NCBI GenBank assembly: GCA_033442325.1
Contig: JAWQFM010000017.1
Location: 526,557-590,556, forward strand
DNA: 64,000 bases
Source: Salpingoeca rosetta
Taxonomy: Eukaryota > Protista > Choanoflagellata
Reading direction: 5' to 3'
The notes under the pieces were generated by a model. That model was given only the letters and a program-made list of their open reading frames with translations, was not told the DNA's origin and ran no database searches. Below, piece after piece: positions 16,851 to 29,960 of this stretch. Each line of letters starts with the position of its first letter. Position 1 is the first letter of the stretch. Position numbers and translations under genes: made by a program.

Positions 16851-19376
16851 ATGACTGAAGTGTTGAGGGTGAGCGAGTGGGCATTGGTTGCATCGCAGCT
16901 CGTGGATGAAGCAGCACCTGCAGCCGAACACATGGACGATGTCATCATGCGGTTGGTCGTTGCCAGCCGCGCGTTCTTCAACCTCATGCAGACGTGCCGC
17001 GAGCTGTACCACGACCTCCCATGGGCCATGCCAAAGTGGTGTCTGTCAGCCGTGTACCGTGGCAAAGGCGGCGTGATTGCGCACTGGGTGGACACGTTCC
17101 AGCCAGGCCTCGCACAGGCACAAGCCATTGAACCAGCTGCACTTGCCACAACAACCACAACAACTGCCACTCAGGCCACTGCATCCTTAAGGCCAGCAAG
17201 AAACAGCACACAGTGCACAGGGAGCGCGGTGCCGCAAGGTGACAGCGGTTTGGGTGTTGTTGCCTGGACAGAAACCCGCTTCCTCGTACACGCCTGGCTC
17301 GGCGCGATGTTCGACAGCAAGTGTGCGTTCCTGCGTGCCCAGCTGGCAGCACCTGCATCGCTTGAGTTCTGGCGCAGCTTCGGTTCCTGTGGCCACATGT
17401 ATTTTTCCGACCTGAGCTACCTCAAGCTCTGGGCAAGGGAAGAGGCTCAAGCCCGAGAGAAATGCAAAAACGCAACAGCGACGCTGGACAAGGCCGGTGA
17501 AGTATCGCAAGAACAGCGCCAACCACGAGTGCAGCCACGATCCAAGGGAAGCAAACAAGCGGAGGAGAAGGTGGAGCAGCAGACGCACCAGCATCCCAAA
17601 CAGCCAACAGATCAAGAAGAAGAAGAGGAAGACGACGACGAAGAAGAAGAAGAAGAAGAAGAAGAAGAAGAAGAAGAAGAAGAAGAAGAAGAAGAAGAAG
17701 AAGAAGAAGAAGAAGAAGACGAACAACAACAACAACAACAACAAGATATTCGGCACGATGTCGCCCTCGTGCCGGAAGCTCCTGCTCGGCCATCGGCACA
17801 CAACCGTAAGCGGGAGGCATCACCAGTACCGTTGTTGGCTCCAGCAATGTTCTCCATGACAGCAGTGCTGTCAAACCAGGACGACATTGACTGCCTCCAC
17901 CAGCTTCGTACCACGCTGCTCACCCATGCACGAGGAAAGACCCTGCATTTGACTGCCGACGTGACAACACCGCTGCTCACGGTGTGTAACGTCGAGCGCC
18001 TAATCATCGTCTCCTCCTCCAAGGTCTCAATCGAGAGCCTCTATCTCAACGATGTCGACATTGTGATGTGGCACCCAAGTGCCGTGCAGCGCGCCATTCA
18101 GGGAGACCTTCAGCGCGTGCGCCGCGTGACGCTGAATACGCCCTTTGGCTTGCACGATATCGCTGCGCTTGCGGGCGTGCCAGAAGTTCACCTCTGCAGC
18201 AGCCCTCTGCTCCGACAGCAGCATGTGTCCGAGGCATCCGAGGCGAATGTTGACACAGACATCACCACCGACCTTTCCCCATTGCTTGGTGCGAGCGAGC
18301 TTGAGATTAGCGACTTGCCTGTGGCCCATGAACGGTCAGTTTTTGATGCAGCGCAACGCATCACCCTCTCTTCCACAAAAGTGTCGACCACCACGCTTGC
18401 CAACGCCACCAGCGTCAAGCTGCTCAATGTGACCGTGCTCCCAGGCCTGCTGCACCTTCCAAAGGCGACCGACATACGCGTCATCGATTCTAACGTTAAC
18501 GGAATCACGTGCCCGGCCCGCATCAATCGCCTGTATATCCACAGTGAAGACAGCCGTGCCGTCGGGCCAATACCTGCGTTTGAGCACGCCAATTTGGTCC
18601 ATCTCAGTTTCCTGAGCGCGCTCCTGTCACGCTCGCAACTGGCTGACCTTGGCGGGCGGGCCGACGTGCTGGCGTTGGAGGACTGTGTCAAGGACATCAG
18701 CGACCTGCAGGTCGTTCCAGACCACGTGTCCGTACATGTGCGGGGCGTGAATGTCGACGCACCAGCACCGCCATGCGTGAAGAAACTGCAATGCCGCCCA
18801 CCCGCCGGCTTTCAAACGCGGTTCGTGGCGCACGTGCCGCGCCTAACAATTGATAGTGACCCCGGTGCTCCCCGCATCCGCAATCTCCATCTGCTCTCCA
18901 AGCGCCAGCAGCTGTCGCTGCGTCTCTGTCCGTTTGACAAGGCACACATCTCGGACTGCAAGCGGCTGCTCTTGTGGAGGTGTGTTGGTACCGCTGCCGT
19001 TGCCTCTGTCAGCTTTCTGGAGGTTGAGTCCGGTGTGGTTGCCTCAGAGGGAACTGGTGATCACGACAACACCAAGCTCCACCTGACGCATGTACGCGAC
19101 GTGTCCACATGTCGCCTGGAGCTGTGCCACATCGAGGACTTTGCCTGCATGCAGAACGTCCGGCGGCTCGTGCTGGGCAGGTGTACCTTTGACAGCGTCG
19201 ACAACCTCCCGCCCGTGGACTCGCTTGTCGTGTGGGGATGCACCATGCGAGACGAGACGTGGAGTTGGCCAAAGGTGGTCTTGACCAACCGGTCCCCAGA
19301 GGAGATGCGGCGCATCCTGCTTGCAGGCAAAAGAAGCATCAGTGTCTTTGACAGTGACGATGATGATGACAACTGA
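16851..19376 (+). CDS. Intronless ~841-aa protein with F-box-like N-terminus, poly-Glu linker and degenerate leucine-rich repeats
   Basis: Uninterrupted 2.5-kb ORF. N-terminal ..FNLMQTCRELY resembles an F-box tail. Repeats such as HDIAALAGVPEVHL, TDLSPLLGASELEI, NLHLLSKRQQLSLRLC and EDFACMQNVRRLVLGRC look LRR-like. Confidence 0.6.
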   Translation: MTEVLRVSEWALVASQLVDEAAPAAEHMDDVIMRLVVASRAFFNLMQTCRELYHDLPWAMPKWCLSAVYRGKGGVIAHWVDTFQPGLAQAQAIEPAALATTTTTTATQATASLRPARNSTQCTGSAVPQGDSGLGVVAWTETRFLVHAWLGAMFDSKCAFLRAQLAAPASLEFWRSFGSCGHMYFSDLSYLKLWAREEAQAREKCKNATATLDKAGEVSQEQRQPRVQPRSKGSKQAEEKVEQQTHQHPKQPTDQEEEEEDDDEEEEEEEEEEEEEEEEEEEEEEEEEEDEQQQQQQQDIRHDVALVPEAPARPSAHNRKREASPVPLLAPAMFSMTAVLSNQDDIDCLHQLRTTLLTHARGKTLHLTADVTTPLLTVCNVERLIIVSSSKVSIESLYLNDVDIVMWHPSAVQRAIQGDLQRVRRVTLNTPFGLHDIAALAGVPEVHLCSSPLLRQQHVSEASEANVDTDITTDLSPLLGASELEISDLPVAHERSVFDAAQRITLSSTKVSTTTLANATSVKLLNVTVLPGLLHLPKATDIRVIDSNVNGITCPARINRLYIHSEDSRAVGPIPAFEHANLVHLSFLSALLSRSQLADLGGRADVLALEDCVKDISDLQVVPDHVSVHVRGVNVDAPAPPCVKKLQCRPPAGFQTRFVAHVPRLTIDSDPGAPRIRNLHLLSKRQQLSLRLCPFDKAHISDCKRLLLWRCVGTAAVASVSFLEVESGVVASEGTGDHDNTKLHLTHVRDVSTCRLELCHIEDFACMQNVRRLVLGRCTFDSVDNLPPVDSLVVWGCTMRDETWSWPKVVLTNRSPEEMRRILLAGKRSISVFDSDDDDDN
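17641..17743 (+). repeat. Coding (GAA)n then (CAA)n trinucleotide repeats (poly-Glu/poly-Gln)
   Basis: Directly visible inside the intronless ORF. Confidence 0.95.
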
Positions 19377-19535
19377 CGAGGCAAGGCGGGAGAGCTGCGT
19401 GCGTGCGTGTGTATGATAGATGATGTGTGATGTGATGAAATCGAATCCTTTGTGAATTTGTTTGTGTATCCATCATGGCGGTAGGAAGTTGGAACCGCAA
19501 CACTGCACGCTGGAGTTTTGTTTTGTTGACGATGG

Positions 19536-19569
<34 letters not shown>

Positions 19570-20463
19570 ATGATTTAAAAGTATTTGTCACTTTCACAAG
19601 CGGTAAGCATCCAACACACACACAGACACTTCCGAGCTTGCTCGAGCTCCCAACCACCCGATGACATCATCCTATCATCGTGCACGACTGAGCATTGCAG
19701 TGCAGGCCAGTGTGCTAGGAAAAGATGCTCAAAGGGATGTGACATGCCTGAAAGAGAGAGGGTGTGTATGTGCGCACGGGGTTTGTGGTCTTCCATTTGC
19801 CCAGGCCCTCCCCCTCTTCACCACTAAGGTTGAGGGAAAAAAAAAAAAAGCCGAACTGAAAACCACGGAAGAGAATGCGGCTCGCATCCTTGCTTAGACC
19901 ATCTTCAACTGTAGTGTAGACGCAAACACCCATTTCAACCAACTTTGCACACATGTTCCAGGCACCCAACCCTTGCATGACGTCAGCGAGCTGAGGAGCT
20001 GAAGGCCTCCGCGGAGCAGAACCCGAATTCAACATGCACAGCGAAAGGGGGCTGGGGCGGGGTAACCTTGAAAGGGAGGAACAATTCGTGTGGCTCACCG
20101 AAGGCCCCAGTTCGCATGTTGAACATAGGACGCAGTCCATCCAAGACAACCAAGAGATTGCAAGTGACCACATGCGATGACTGCTGCCCGCATGCGCGCG
20201 TGTTGTGTGTTCCCCATCACATCATCCAGCCCCTTGTTCCCATTCATCTCTCGAACTCAATGCCACCACTATCGCTCAACCAAATCACAGTGGCACCAGT
20301 GCTGTGTGTAACCGTTTACTTTTGTCTCGCTCGAGACGTCCCGAAGCCACCGCCACCGCTACCGACCACAACCACCCTCCATCGGGATGACACAACCACA
20401 CAACCACACAACCAACCAACCAACCAACCAGCTCACCACCCAACTCAGGTACACCTCTATCTC

Positions 20464-23303
20464 TCACTCATACACCCATCTGGAAGGCTTCTTGTTCTGC
20501 GCCACCTTGTACAGCTTGTCGACGGGCGACAGCAGCCGCGCACACCGGCGCTCACTGCCAGACCCGCTGATGGGTGGTGGTGGCGGTGGAAGTGGTGGTG
20601 GTGGATGGCAATGGGGGAACGTATGAGTCGTGAGGCGGACAAGTGGGCTGGGCATTGAAGCATGGTAGCCTTGCCAATAATGCGGTGGCATGCTGTGATA
20701 CCCGCTCTCACTCACAGACACAGACACAGACACAGACACACAGACACATTACCTTTGTGCGAGGTCTGCAATCTCTGATGGGGTCTTCAGGATGACGGAT
20801 TCGCATGTGTCCAGCAAAGCCCGCAGGTGTGCCTTCAACACATCCACCTCGTCCCGCATCTGCATCTCACGCGTCAGCTTGCGCCTGCGCACGTGCGTGC
20901 GTGTGTGTGTGTATGCAAGTGTGTGTGTGTGTGTGTGTGTGTGCGTGTATGTGTGTGTGTGTGAGCGCGAAAGAGACGACCAAAACCATCCACGTCACAC
21001 CCACAGCCAATCCACGTCACACCCACAGCCAATCCACGTCACACCGACACCCACAGCACACTGCCACCACCATTCACCACCGCCACCGCACCAGAGCGTG
21101 GTGTTGAATTGCTTGTAGAGGGCGGCGTCGACGGTGTTGACAGCCAGGATTTGGGTGCGCAGCGAAGCAGGGATCTTCCGCTCGGGATACAGTGCATCCA
21201 CAGTCACGCCTACCACCAGGCACGATGCACGTTATGATGGGGGGTGAAGAAAGGAGGGGTGAGATGAGCGTCACGTTGAAAGGCGGCACGGCAAGATGAG
21301 GAAAGGGTGATGTTTGGCAAGCGACTGCGCTTGCATTTGTGATGTTGTCATGAATAACGAAGAAGCCAGCAGTATAACACAGTGGCACGTGCACGGTGTG
21401 ATGTGACACCACACAGCCCCACCCTTTGGGACGTTGGGGTTGTTTGGATGTGCAATGTACTCGACATCGCGCCGGCTCCAGCACAGCAGCCGGCGCATGT
21501 ACAGCTGCAGGCGGCAGGCGGTGGTAGTGGTGATGGTGGCGGGGACAGCACGCGCATTGGTGAGATGAGATGTGTGGAGAGTGTGCATGGGCATGTCAAA
21601 GCACAGGAGGGGAGCAAGTGAGCATGGAATTGGAGATTCACATTGCGTGAAAACATGACACGACATCAAACAGTAGTGAAAAACAAATCCAACGTGCAAC
21701 GTCCTCCGCATCCACCCACCTCCTCCACCTCTTTCCCTCAACAGCACACAGAACTCTTCACTCCCCACTCCCTCCAGCCACAATGTACGTATGCTGTGCA
21801 CATGCTGTTGACGCACCATCGACTCGAACCAGTGGTCGGCCACGAGACCAAACGAAAACGTGCTCGCAATCCGCATCGCAGCCCGCCGGCCCTGGCATTC
21901 GCGACAACGGGGCAATGGGGAAGGATGGTGGGGGCGAGGGAAAATGGTGTGAGGGAATGAGAGAGCGAGAGAGAGAGTGTGTGTGTGTTTTTTTTTTGTG
22001 TGTGTGCATGAGAAACGGAGCGCACGTTGTTTGTGCACCATCGACACCGCTCGCAGTGTGACGCACTCAATCATCAACAAAGCCCCACATCACGCAAGTC
22101 CTTGACCATGCCTGCAGGCAAAACGATGATGCGCACCTCTGCCTCGCTGACGTCGAGGGACTTCCCCTCGTAACCAAGAGAGCGAGCCATTCCGTTGTGC
22201 AAGCGCAGCTGGGCAGCCTTTGGAGAGCGAAAAGTCACATGCATGCATGTGTGTGTGTGTGTATGTTGTGTGAGGGGGAAGCGAGTGCATGGTCAATGTG
22301 AGATGGATCCGTGCAAGAGCATACATGGCACTTCCAGGGATGTGAAGTGTGGAGTAGGTGGGATGAAGGCGTTTTGTGCGAGGTGTGGGACGTTTGTACG
22401 AGTGTGTTCGTGTGTGCAAGGGCTGCATTGTTCGCGTAGAGCACACTTGTGTCGTTGACAGAGTGCTGTCATACCTCGGGCACCTTGCCCTTGAAAGCGT
22501 TCGGGTCCTTCAAGTAATCCTCCATGGAGGTGCCGTCAAGCAGCGTGTCCATGTCCAGTTCTGGCAATTTGTGTGCATGGCGTGTGCATGTGCATGTATG
22601 TGTGTGTGCATGTATGTGTGCGTGTGTGTGTATGTGTGAGGTGTGTATGTGTGAGGTGTGTGTGTGTATGTGCGAGCGTGTGTGGTTGCACCAGTGTGTG
22701 GTTGCATCAGCAGAGACACACAAGTCACAACCCACCGCCACCACCGCCACGACCACGACCACCACCAAGCAGCACCATCAAGGCCGCACCGTCCCAGAGG
22801 TCGACGAATCGCTGCGCCGGATCGCGGACGACGGCAATGGAGATGGACTGACGGTCAACAAACGGGCCCGCCGCAGACACCCGCAGTGGCACGTCCTCCC
22901 TGTTGGTGGCGTTGGTTGGTTGGTTGGTTGGTTGGTTGGTTGGTGACACCGGTTCGTGGATTGGTTGTTGAACATTAGTGGGCAGAGGAAGTGCAGAATG
23001 GCGACACACGGACGCTTCTCAATCCACCACCACCTCATCCAAACCCAACACTACCACGCCTCCAGCCATTGCCAACATCACCACCACCGCGTTCGCACCT
23101 CCCGACGAGGATGTTGATGGGTGTTGTCTTCTTTCCCCCGCGCGTCTTTGGCGTCAAAAACTGCTGCCTGATGTCGGATTTGCTGTGCACACACAATAGG
23201 GGAGAGATGGATTGTCGTGAATGGGTGGTGAAAGAAAAGGAAAGTGCGACTGTTGACGCAAAGAGCAGTCGACACACACACACACACACACACGCACACA
23301 CAC

Positions 23304-23342
<39 letters not shown>

Positions 23343-23357
23343 CACACACACACACAC

Positions 23358-23388
<31 letters not shown>

Positions 23389-24828
23389 CACACACACACA
23401 TATCCAAAGCGCAAACCTTGGGTCTGGCGTGTCCCGCGGGATGGCGAGTGCGAGGTCGCGGTCCAGGCCCGTGTTGAGCAGCATGTTTGCCACCACGCCA
23501 TCAGACACCCCACTACAGTGGCACACGCACGTGGAGTTCGGGTGTCGATACGTGTTGTATGTGAGCGACAAGATGCAGCTAAAGCCTATCGATTTGGTAG
23601 ATACACGAATACAAACAAACACAAACAAACACAGACACAGACACAGACACACAGACACACACACACACACAGACACACAGACACAGACACACAGACACAC
23701 AGACACACACACACACAGACACACACACACACACACCCTCTCCCCCCTCCTCTGTCCAGAACTGACTCGACGCGAGCGAGGATGGCAGTCTTGCGCGGGT
23801 AGCCCTGTGTCAGGCACTCGATGACGCTCGGGTCTCCGCCCTCCTTCCACTTGAAATGCTTCGAGAACGACTGCGAGTCCATCATCACCAGATGGCACAT
23901 GCGATCCTGCTCGCCAATGTGCTTCTGCTCGCAGCGCATGGCATGTGTGTGTGTGTGTGTGAGTGAGTGAGTGAGGGATAATCGGCAACTACCATATACA
24001 TTATCCTCATGCCACCTATAGACAAGGGACTACGTAATGGCGTTACGGCGGCTGCCGCGTTAACCTCGCTGGCGACTTAATTTCAAGTGAGTGAGTGAGT
24101 GAGTGAGTGAGTGAGTGAGTGAGCGGTGAGTGAGTGAGTGAGTGAGTGTGAGTGAGTGAGTGAGTGAGTGAGTGAGTGAGTGAGTGAGTGAGTGAGTGAG
24201 TGAGTGAGTGAGTGAGTGAGTGAGTGAGTGAGTGAGTGAGTGTGCGCGTGTGAGTGAGTGTGCGCGTGTGAGTGTAATGTGTGCTTGGTTAGCGTAACCG
24301 TTCTCTCAACACCTCCCCCTTCTCAAAATACCACCCCACCTTCTCCTCAATCTGCACACGATGAGCAATCTCATCGTATCCGGAATAGCGACGGCAGTAC
24401 TCCGACAGCCGCTTCTTCCGCTCCCTGTGCACACGCGCGCACACACATGCACGGTGGTCGTGTTGGAGATCAAGTGGTGAGGACATGAGGCGACGTTGAG
24501 AGAGGTTGCAGGCTTGTGTTCACGTTACAACTCTACCACCATCCCCTTTCATTGTCCATCATGTCCTCCATCCCCACGCTACCACCGCCACCACCACCAC
24601 CGCCACCACTCCATCGTGTTGCGCACTTGAAGTACGCGAGCTCCTCTGCAAAGCCGGTCTCCTCCTCAATCAACTTGAACAGCGTCTGATTGAAGTGGTC
24701 GAACAGCATCTGATGCCGGTGATGGCGGTGATGGCGGTGATGAGGAGGATACAAGACGGGGTGAGGCTATCAGTCACACGGAAAAATGTAAGCGATATGA
24801 AGGGAGGAGATGTCCCACCAATACCAAT

Positions 24829-24898
<70 letters not shown>

Positions 24899-25091
24899 CA
24901 CCACCAGCACCCCACCTGGTCTGCCCAGTTCATCTTGACAATGCGCTCGTTGCGAATCCTCGTGGCGGCGGACGTGTCCGGTTTTCTGTGCGAATGACTC
25001 TTCAGACTGATGTACAGAATGTCCTCCGTCTCCCAGCAGAACATGCGTTTCATCATCACCAGGCTCTCATCCTGATGCAAGCAAGATGTAT

Positions 25092-25139
<48 letters not shown>

Positions 25140-25208
25140 CAAAAGGGGTTGCGGTGGTGACACGATGCCAAGCAGAACAATTTCTTTGTTGCTTGCATGC
25201 AAGCCTTC

Positions 25209-25249
<41 letters not shown>

Positions 25250-25253
25250 AGAC

Positions 25254-25296
<43 letters not shown>

Positions 25297-25760
25297 CACA
25301 CAGCGTGCACACGTGTGCGTGGTACCATGTGGTCTGTGATGAGGACGAAGAACCGCTTCTCGAGCGTTTTGATCAAATTCTCGACTTGAGACTTGGACGG
25401 CTCATTCGACAGCCCGAGGTCATACGCCTGATGATGGTGGTGATGATGGTGGTGATGGACGATGAGTTGTGACAGCAGAGGGTGGGGGTGGGTGAGCCGT
25501 CTTCTTTCACTCACACAACACATTCACAGACACAGAGACACAGACACAGTGACAGACAGACAGACACAGACGACACACATACAAAGAGACAGACACAGAC
25601 ACAGAGACACAGACGACACATAACCCTACACCGCTGTGCGCACCTGGGAGTTGAGGAGGAGGATGCGGTCGCCCCTGTTGGCGACGGACCAGTACTTGTT
25701 CGGATTCTCCATGAACTTGTCCAACGTTAGCGTGGGGCCACCGTCTAAAATGGACAGACA

Positions 25761-25797
<37 letters not shown>

Positions 25798-26763
25798 AGA
25801 CAGACAGACAGACAGACAGACACGCACACACACAGACACAGACACAGACACAGACATAGGTGCATGAGAGCATTGGGTACAAGGTGGACGTGTACGGACG
25901 TGTTGTGTGTAAGTTGACGTGCAGTCGTGCTTTGCCGCAGCAATTCGTTGCGGACCCTTTCTCTTCTCCTTGTTTGTCTCTTCCCCACCATCACACACAA
26001 AGCGCAACTCACTTGCTCGGATGTGGTTTGCCACCCCCCAATACGACCACGACGACTTGACGTGTGTGACTGGCGACCGCAGCACCGTCACATATGCGGC
26101 GTTGGGCACGAGCTTATCAAGAGCGTCAGGCGCATACCTGACACGTGTGGCATAGGTGTGGTGATGATAAAAGGATAAGCATGGCGCGAAATAGGGCGCA
26201 CACAGAGCGCACGTGTGAGAGCGGGAAACTGTTGGGCTTGTGCAAAGGCGACACCGGCAACACGGGTGCACGGTTCAGCAAGCACCAAGCGAGAGCAACA
26301 AACATCAGCGCGAAACAGGAGGATACACTGTTACGACAAGGCTCAACGTACCGAACATGAGCGCTGCAAAGCCCGTCAAACGTCTGTTGTGTGGGAGTGA
26401 GGGAGACAGGTGAGACGAATACCAACATCATCACATTGAAACACGCTTCCTTCTCTCATTAACAGCAACCACAACAAAAGCCCCTGCCCAATCAAAACAC
26501 ACACACACATGTATGTGTGTACGCACTTTGGACTGGTCGTAGTCCCAGATGGAGTTGAGGATACGCGACTTGTCCAGCATCGGCCAGGCATAGAAGGTGT
26601 TGTCCTTGGGCAGAGCAAGATGCAATCCTGCAGGAGCACAAGCATGCATGAGTTGCTTTGGTAAAGACACACGATGACCGTACGTGCACAATCACACACA
26701 AATGGGTACAGGTTGCTATTCACACCCATCCACCCACACCGGCACACACACACACACACGCAC

Positions 26764-26826
<63 letters not shown>

Positions 26827-27420
26827 GTATTTGTTGGCGAATCGATGGAACATGTTGGCGATGGTGCTTGACCCTGTCTTGTGGGTCTTGATGTACACAA
26901 ACTTCTTTCTTGCATCGGTGCAGGTTGGTAGATCCGAGATGAACTGGCGTTGCAAGCAGGATGTGGTTGACGTGAGCCGAAACAGCACAGCACAGAGAGA
27001 AAGAGAGAAACAGGTAGAGACAGGTGGAGAGCGAGGGGAGTACGCGAGGCAACAGGAACAGGCAAGAGCAGCCCACCATGCCAACCATCACAGCAAGGGT
27101 AACAACAGCACACTCACCGTCATGTCGTCTTCTGCGTATTGAATCGAACCGATTCGCAAGCAACAGCAACCAGAACATACAGCATGTGTGAACCAGGCAA
27201 GCACAACCAGGTTCACAAGCAAAACCAGATGCGCTCGCACTTCGACGATCTCCTCTGCACCCTCACCCCTCGGCTTCCACACCTTCCTCATTCCCCTTCC
27301 TCCTATTGCCTCGTCCCTTCTCCAGCCTCACCTGCATGGGCTGGCGTCGGCTGCGTCGCCATCAGCACCATCACCGCAGCCGCGACGGCCACCGTCATTG
27401 GCAGCAGCAGGCCACCCATG
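20464..27420 (-). CDS. Galactose-3-O-sulfotransferase family protein with two tandem Gal3ST domains (second degenerate); many exons
   Basis: Signal/anchor [21 protein letters not shown]. Domain 1 has [55 protein letters not shown] and [15 protein letters not shown]. Domain 2 has [28 protein letters not shown] and [15 protein letters not shown]. The small 5' exons near 27120-27330 were not fully resolved. Confidence 0.85.
24086..24260. repeat. (TGAG)n tetranucleotide microsatellite, intronic
   Basis: Directly visible. Confidence 0.95.
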
Positions 27421-27736
27421 CTTCTCCCACCACCACCACCACCAACAGCGCGGTTGGTCTTCATTGTTGTTCTCGTCTTCCACTGTTGTTCGCGGGCTTG
27501 TAGAAAATAACCGAAAGATTCCGTACAATCGCCCACAATGCCTTCTTTCACTTTATGGTGTCGTGACCAGCCCCTGTTTCTTGCAACCCGAACTGCTGCG
27601 CCAGTTTCCGGATTCGTTCTGGTGTTTGTTTGTGTGTGTGTGTGCAGCGGCAGCACACGCACAGACGCACACACCATCACATTCCCCATTCCCACACCAC
27701 ACCACCTCATCCATCCACCTTCCCCTGTCTGTCCAG

Positions 27737-28841
27737 ATGCAAGCGACGTGCACCTGCCTGCGACGGCGGGTGGCGTCGGCTCTGGCTGCATGGCACCATC
27801 AACGCGTGCCCGCGCGCTCTTTGCACCGCATCGCTACACCAGCACCAGCGGTGAACGCAGCAATTGCGCGTCGCGTTGCTCCTGCATCAGCTCCTACATC
27901 AACAACACAAGCAATACGACGAGCGCCACAAGGGCTGACGCCGCGGCCGCACGTGTGCTGCGGGATGGGGTTTGGCTTGCTGAGTGCACAGCCGACCGTG
28001 TTTGATGGGCCCAGTTCGTTATCACAGCCGCCATCACAGCCTCCACCACCGGCCACAGCCACAGCAGCTGCAGCAACGCCCCAGCACAGAGCCACGCCCG
28101 TAGTACCCAGCCCACTGCGCTGGCGCGTGTGCAAGGTGCGGTCGACGGATGGGCACACAGACGTGGTGACACAGGCAGCCAATCTGGCGCACGACGCTGC
28201 GCCCTTCCTCCACAGCACCCGAACCAACACACTCACGACCACCCAAAGCACATTGCTACGAAGGAGACCGGGCCTTCTGAACCACCAACAGCAGCAGCAG
28301 TCGTTCCAGACGCGCATCCAGCGGCGCTCACTGCACGTTGCCCGGCGTCATCTTGGTGCGCGCACACACTACGATGTCCTCGGCGTCAGCAACACCGCAT
28401 CACAAGCCGACATCAAGAAGGTTGGTACAAGGGTTGTTGCGGTTGTGACGCTGATGTCGTTGTGGTGGTTGTGACGCTGTTGTCGTTGTGGTGGTTGTGG
28501 TTGTGGTGATGGTGTGGGAAGGGAACTGCAATCGTCATGCATAAGCCGAACCACAAGTGATATTCGAGACAGCACTCACCCCCCCCCGCCCTTGTGCATC
28601 ACCCACTTACACACGCACGCTGCAGGCGTACATTGAGCTGTCCAAGCTGTTGCATCCGGACAAGACGGCGCACAAGGAAGGCCTTGACCGGGAGCGGTGC
28701 GAGCAGCAGTACCAGCAGGTGACGGAGGCGTACAACGTCCTCTCCCGGCCGTTTGACCGCCGTGCTTACGACAACACCCTCAGCAACAACTACGGTGCGT
28801 TCTGGTGTGTGTGTGTGTGTGTGTGGATCTGTGTGTGTGGA

Positions 28842-28928
<87 letters not shown>

Positions 28929-29820
28929 AATTGTGCTGTGCAAGTGCTTGCAATTTACACCACGAGCTCTTCATACTCAATGCTCTCTCACTCACAACAC
29001 CACCCCTGCGTCTGTCACCATCAGGCATGTCTGCGGCAAGCGCTGCGAGCACGACGTACAGACCGCCTTCATATCAGCACCGCGACATCTACGACAACGT
29101 TCACTTTGGGCCGTCCCCGTACAAGGTCCCGCATGTGTTGTGTCGTGTGTTGTTGTGTCGTGCTGTGTGGTGCTGTGTTGTGCTGTGTGTATGTGTGTGT
29201 GCTGTGCTGTGTCGTGTTGTGTCGTGTGTGTATGCGTGTGTGTGTGTGTGTGCGTGCTGTGCTGTTCATTATTGCGTGTTGTACACACGTGCACGTTCCA
29301 CAGCCCCTCGTTTCTTCGTTCTGTTGCTCATTTCACACAACACCGCTCACGTCCCGTTCTTGCCTCCACAGGTGTTCAGCAACACGACGATTGTGATGAT
29401 CGCCATCGTGTGGATGATTGTCGGTATCATCTGGCACTACTTTGCAATCTCAAAGGTCAGGCGCCTGTCGCGTATGCGTGTGCGTGTGTGCGAGATGAGT
29501 GCATGCGTGTACGTGCGTGTTTGCTTGTGTGTTTGCTTGTGCCGATTCCGTCTGTTGAGTGAACAACCCTCTTGTCCCAATACCCACTCCCTCATCGCCT
29601 CTTACCATCTCCCCAATCACCCCCAAATCATCCCATCATCACCCCCCCCCCAACAAATCACCAGACCAAGACGGAGCTTGAGGAGCACCTTGAGCGGCTG
29701 TCCCGGGAGGCGGCCCAGGACCACGAAGAGGCCCGCAAGCGAGCACGCGAAAACGGATACAAGAAGCAGCTCGAGATTCTCGTCGCGCAGCACAGGGCCC
29801 AGTTTGACGACAAGTACTGA
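27737..29820 (+). CDS. DNAJC4: DnaJ subfamily C member 4-like co-chaperone (J-domain + TM helix)
   Basis: THYDVLGVSNTASQADIKK|AYIELSKLLHPDK...EAYNVLS...RRAYD, a TM segment IVMIAIVWMIVGIIWHYFAI, and C-terminal HEEARKRARENG similar to the DNAJC4 YNEARARARAN segment. The long N-terminus is Arg/Ala-rich. Confidence 0.8.
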
Positions 29821-29838
29821 GCGCTGCGTGTGTGTGTT

Positions 29839-29875
<37 letters not shown>

Positions 29876-29888
29876 ATGTGTGTGGTTA

Positions 29889-29960
<72 letters not shown>

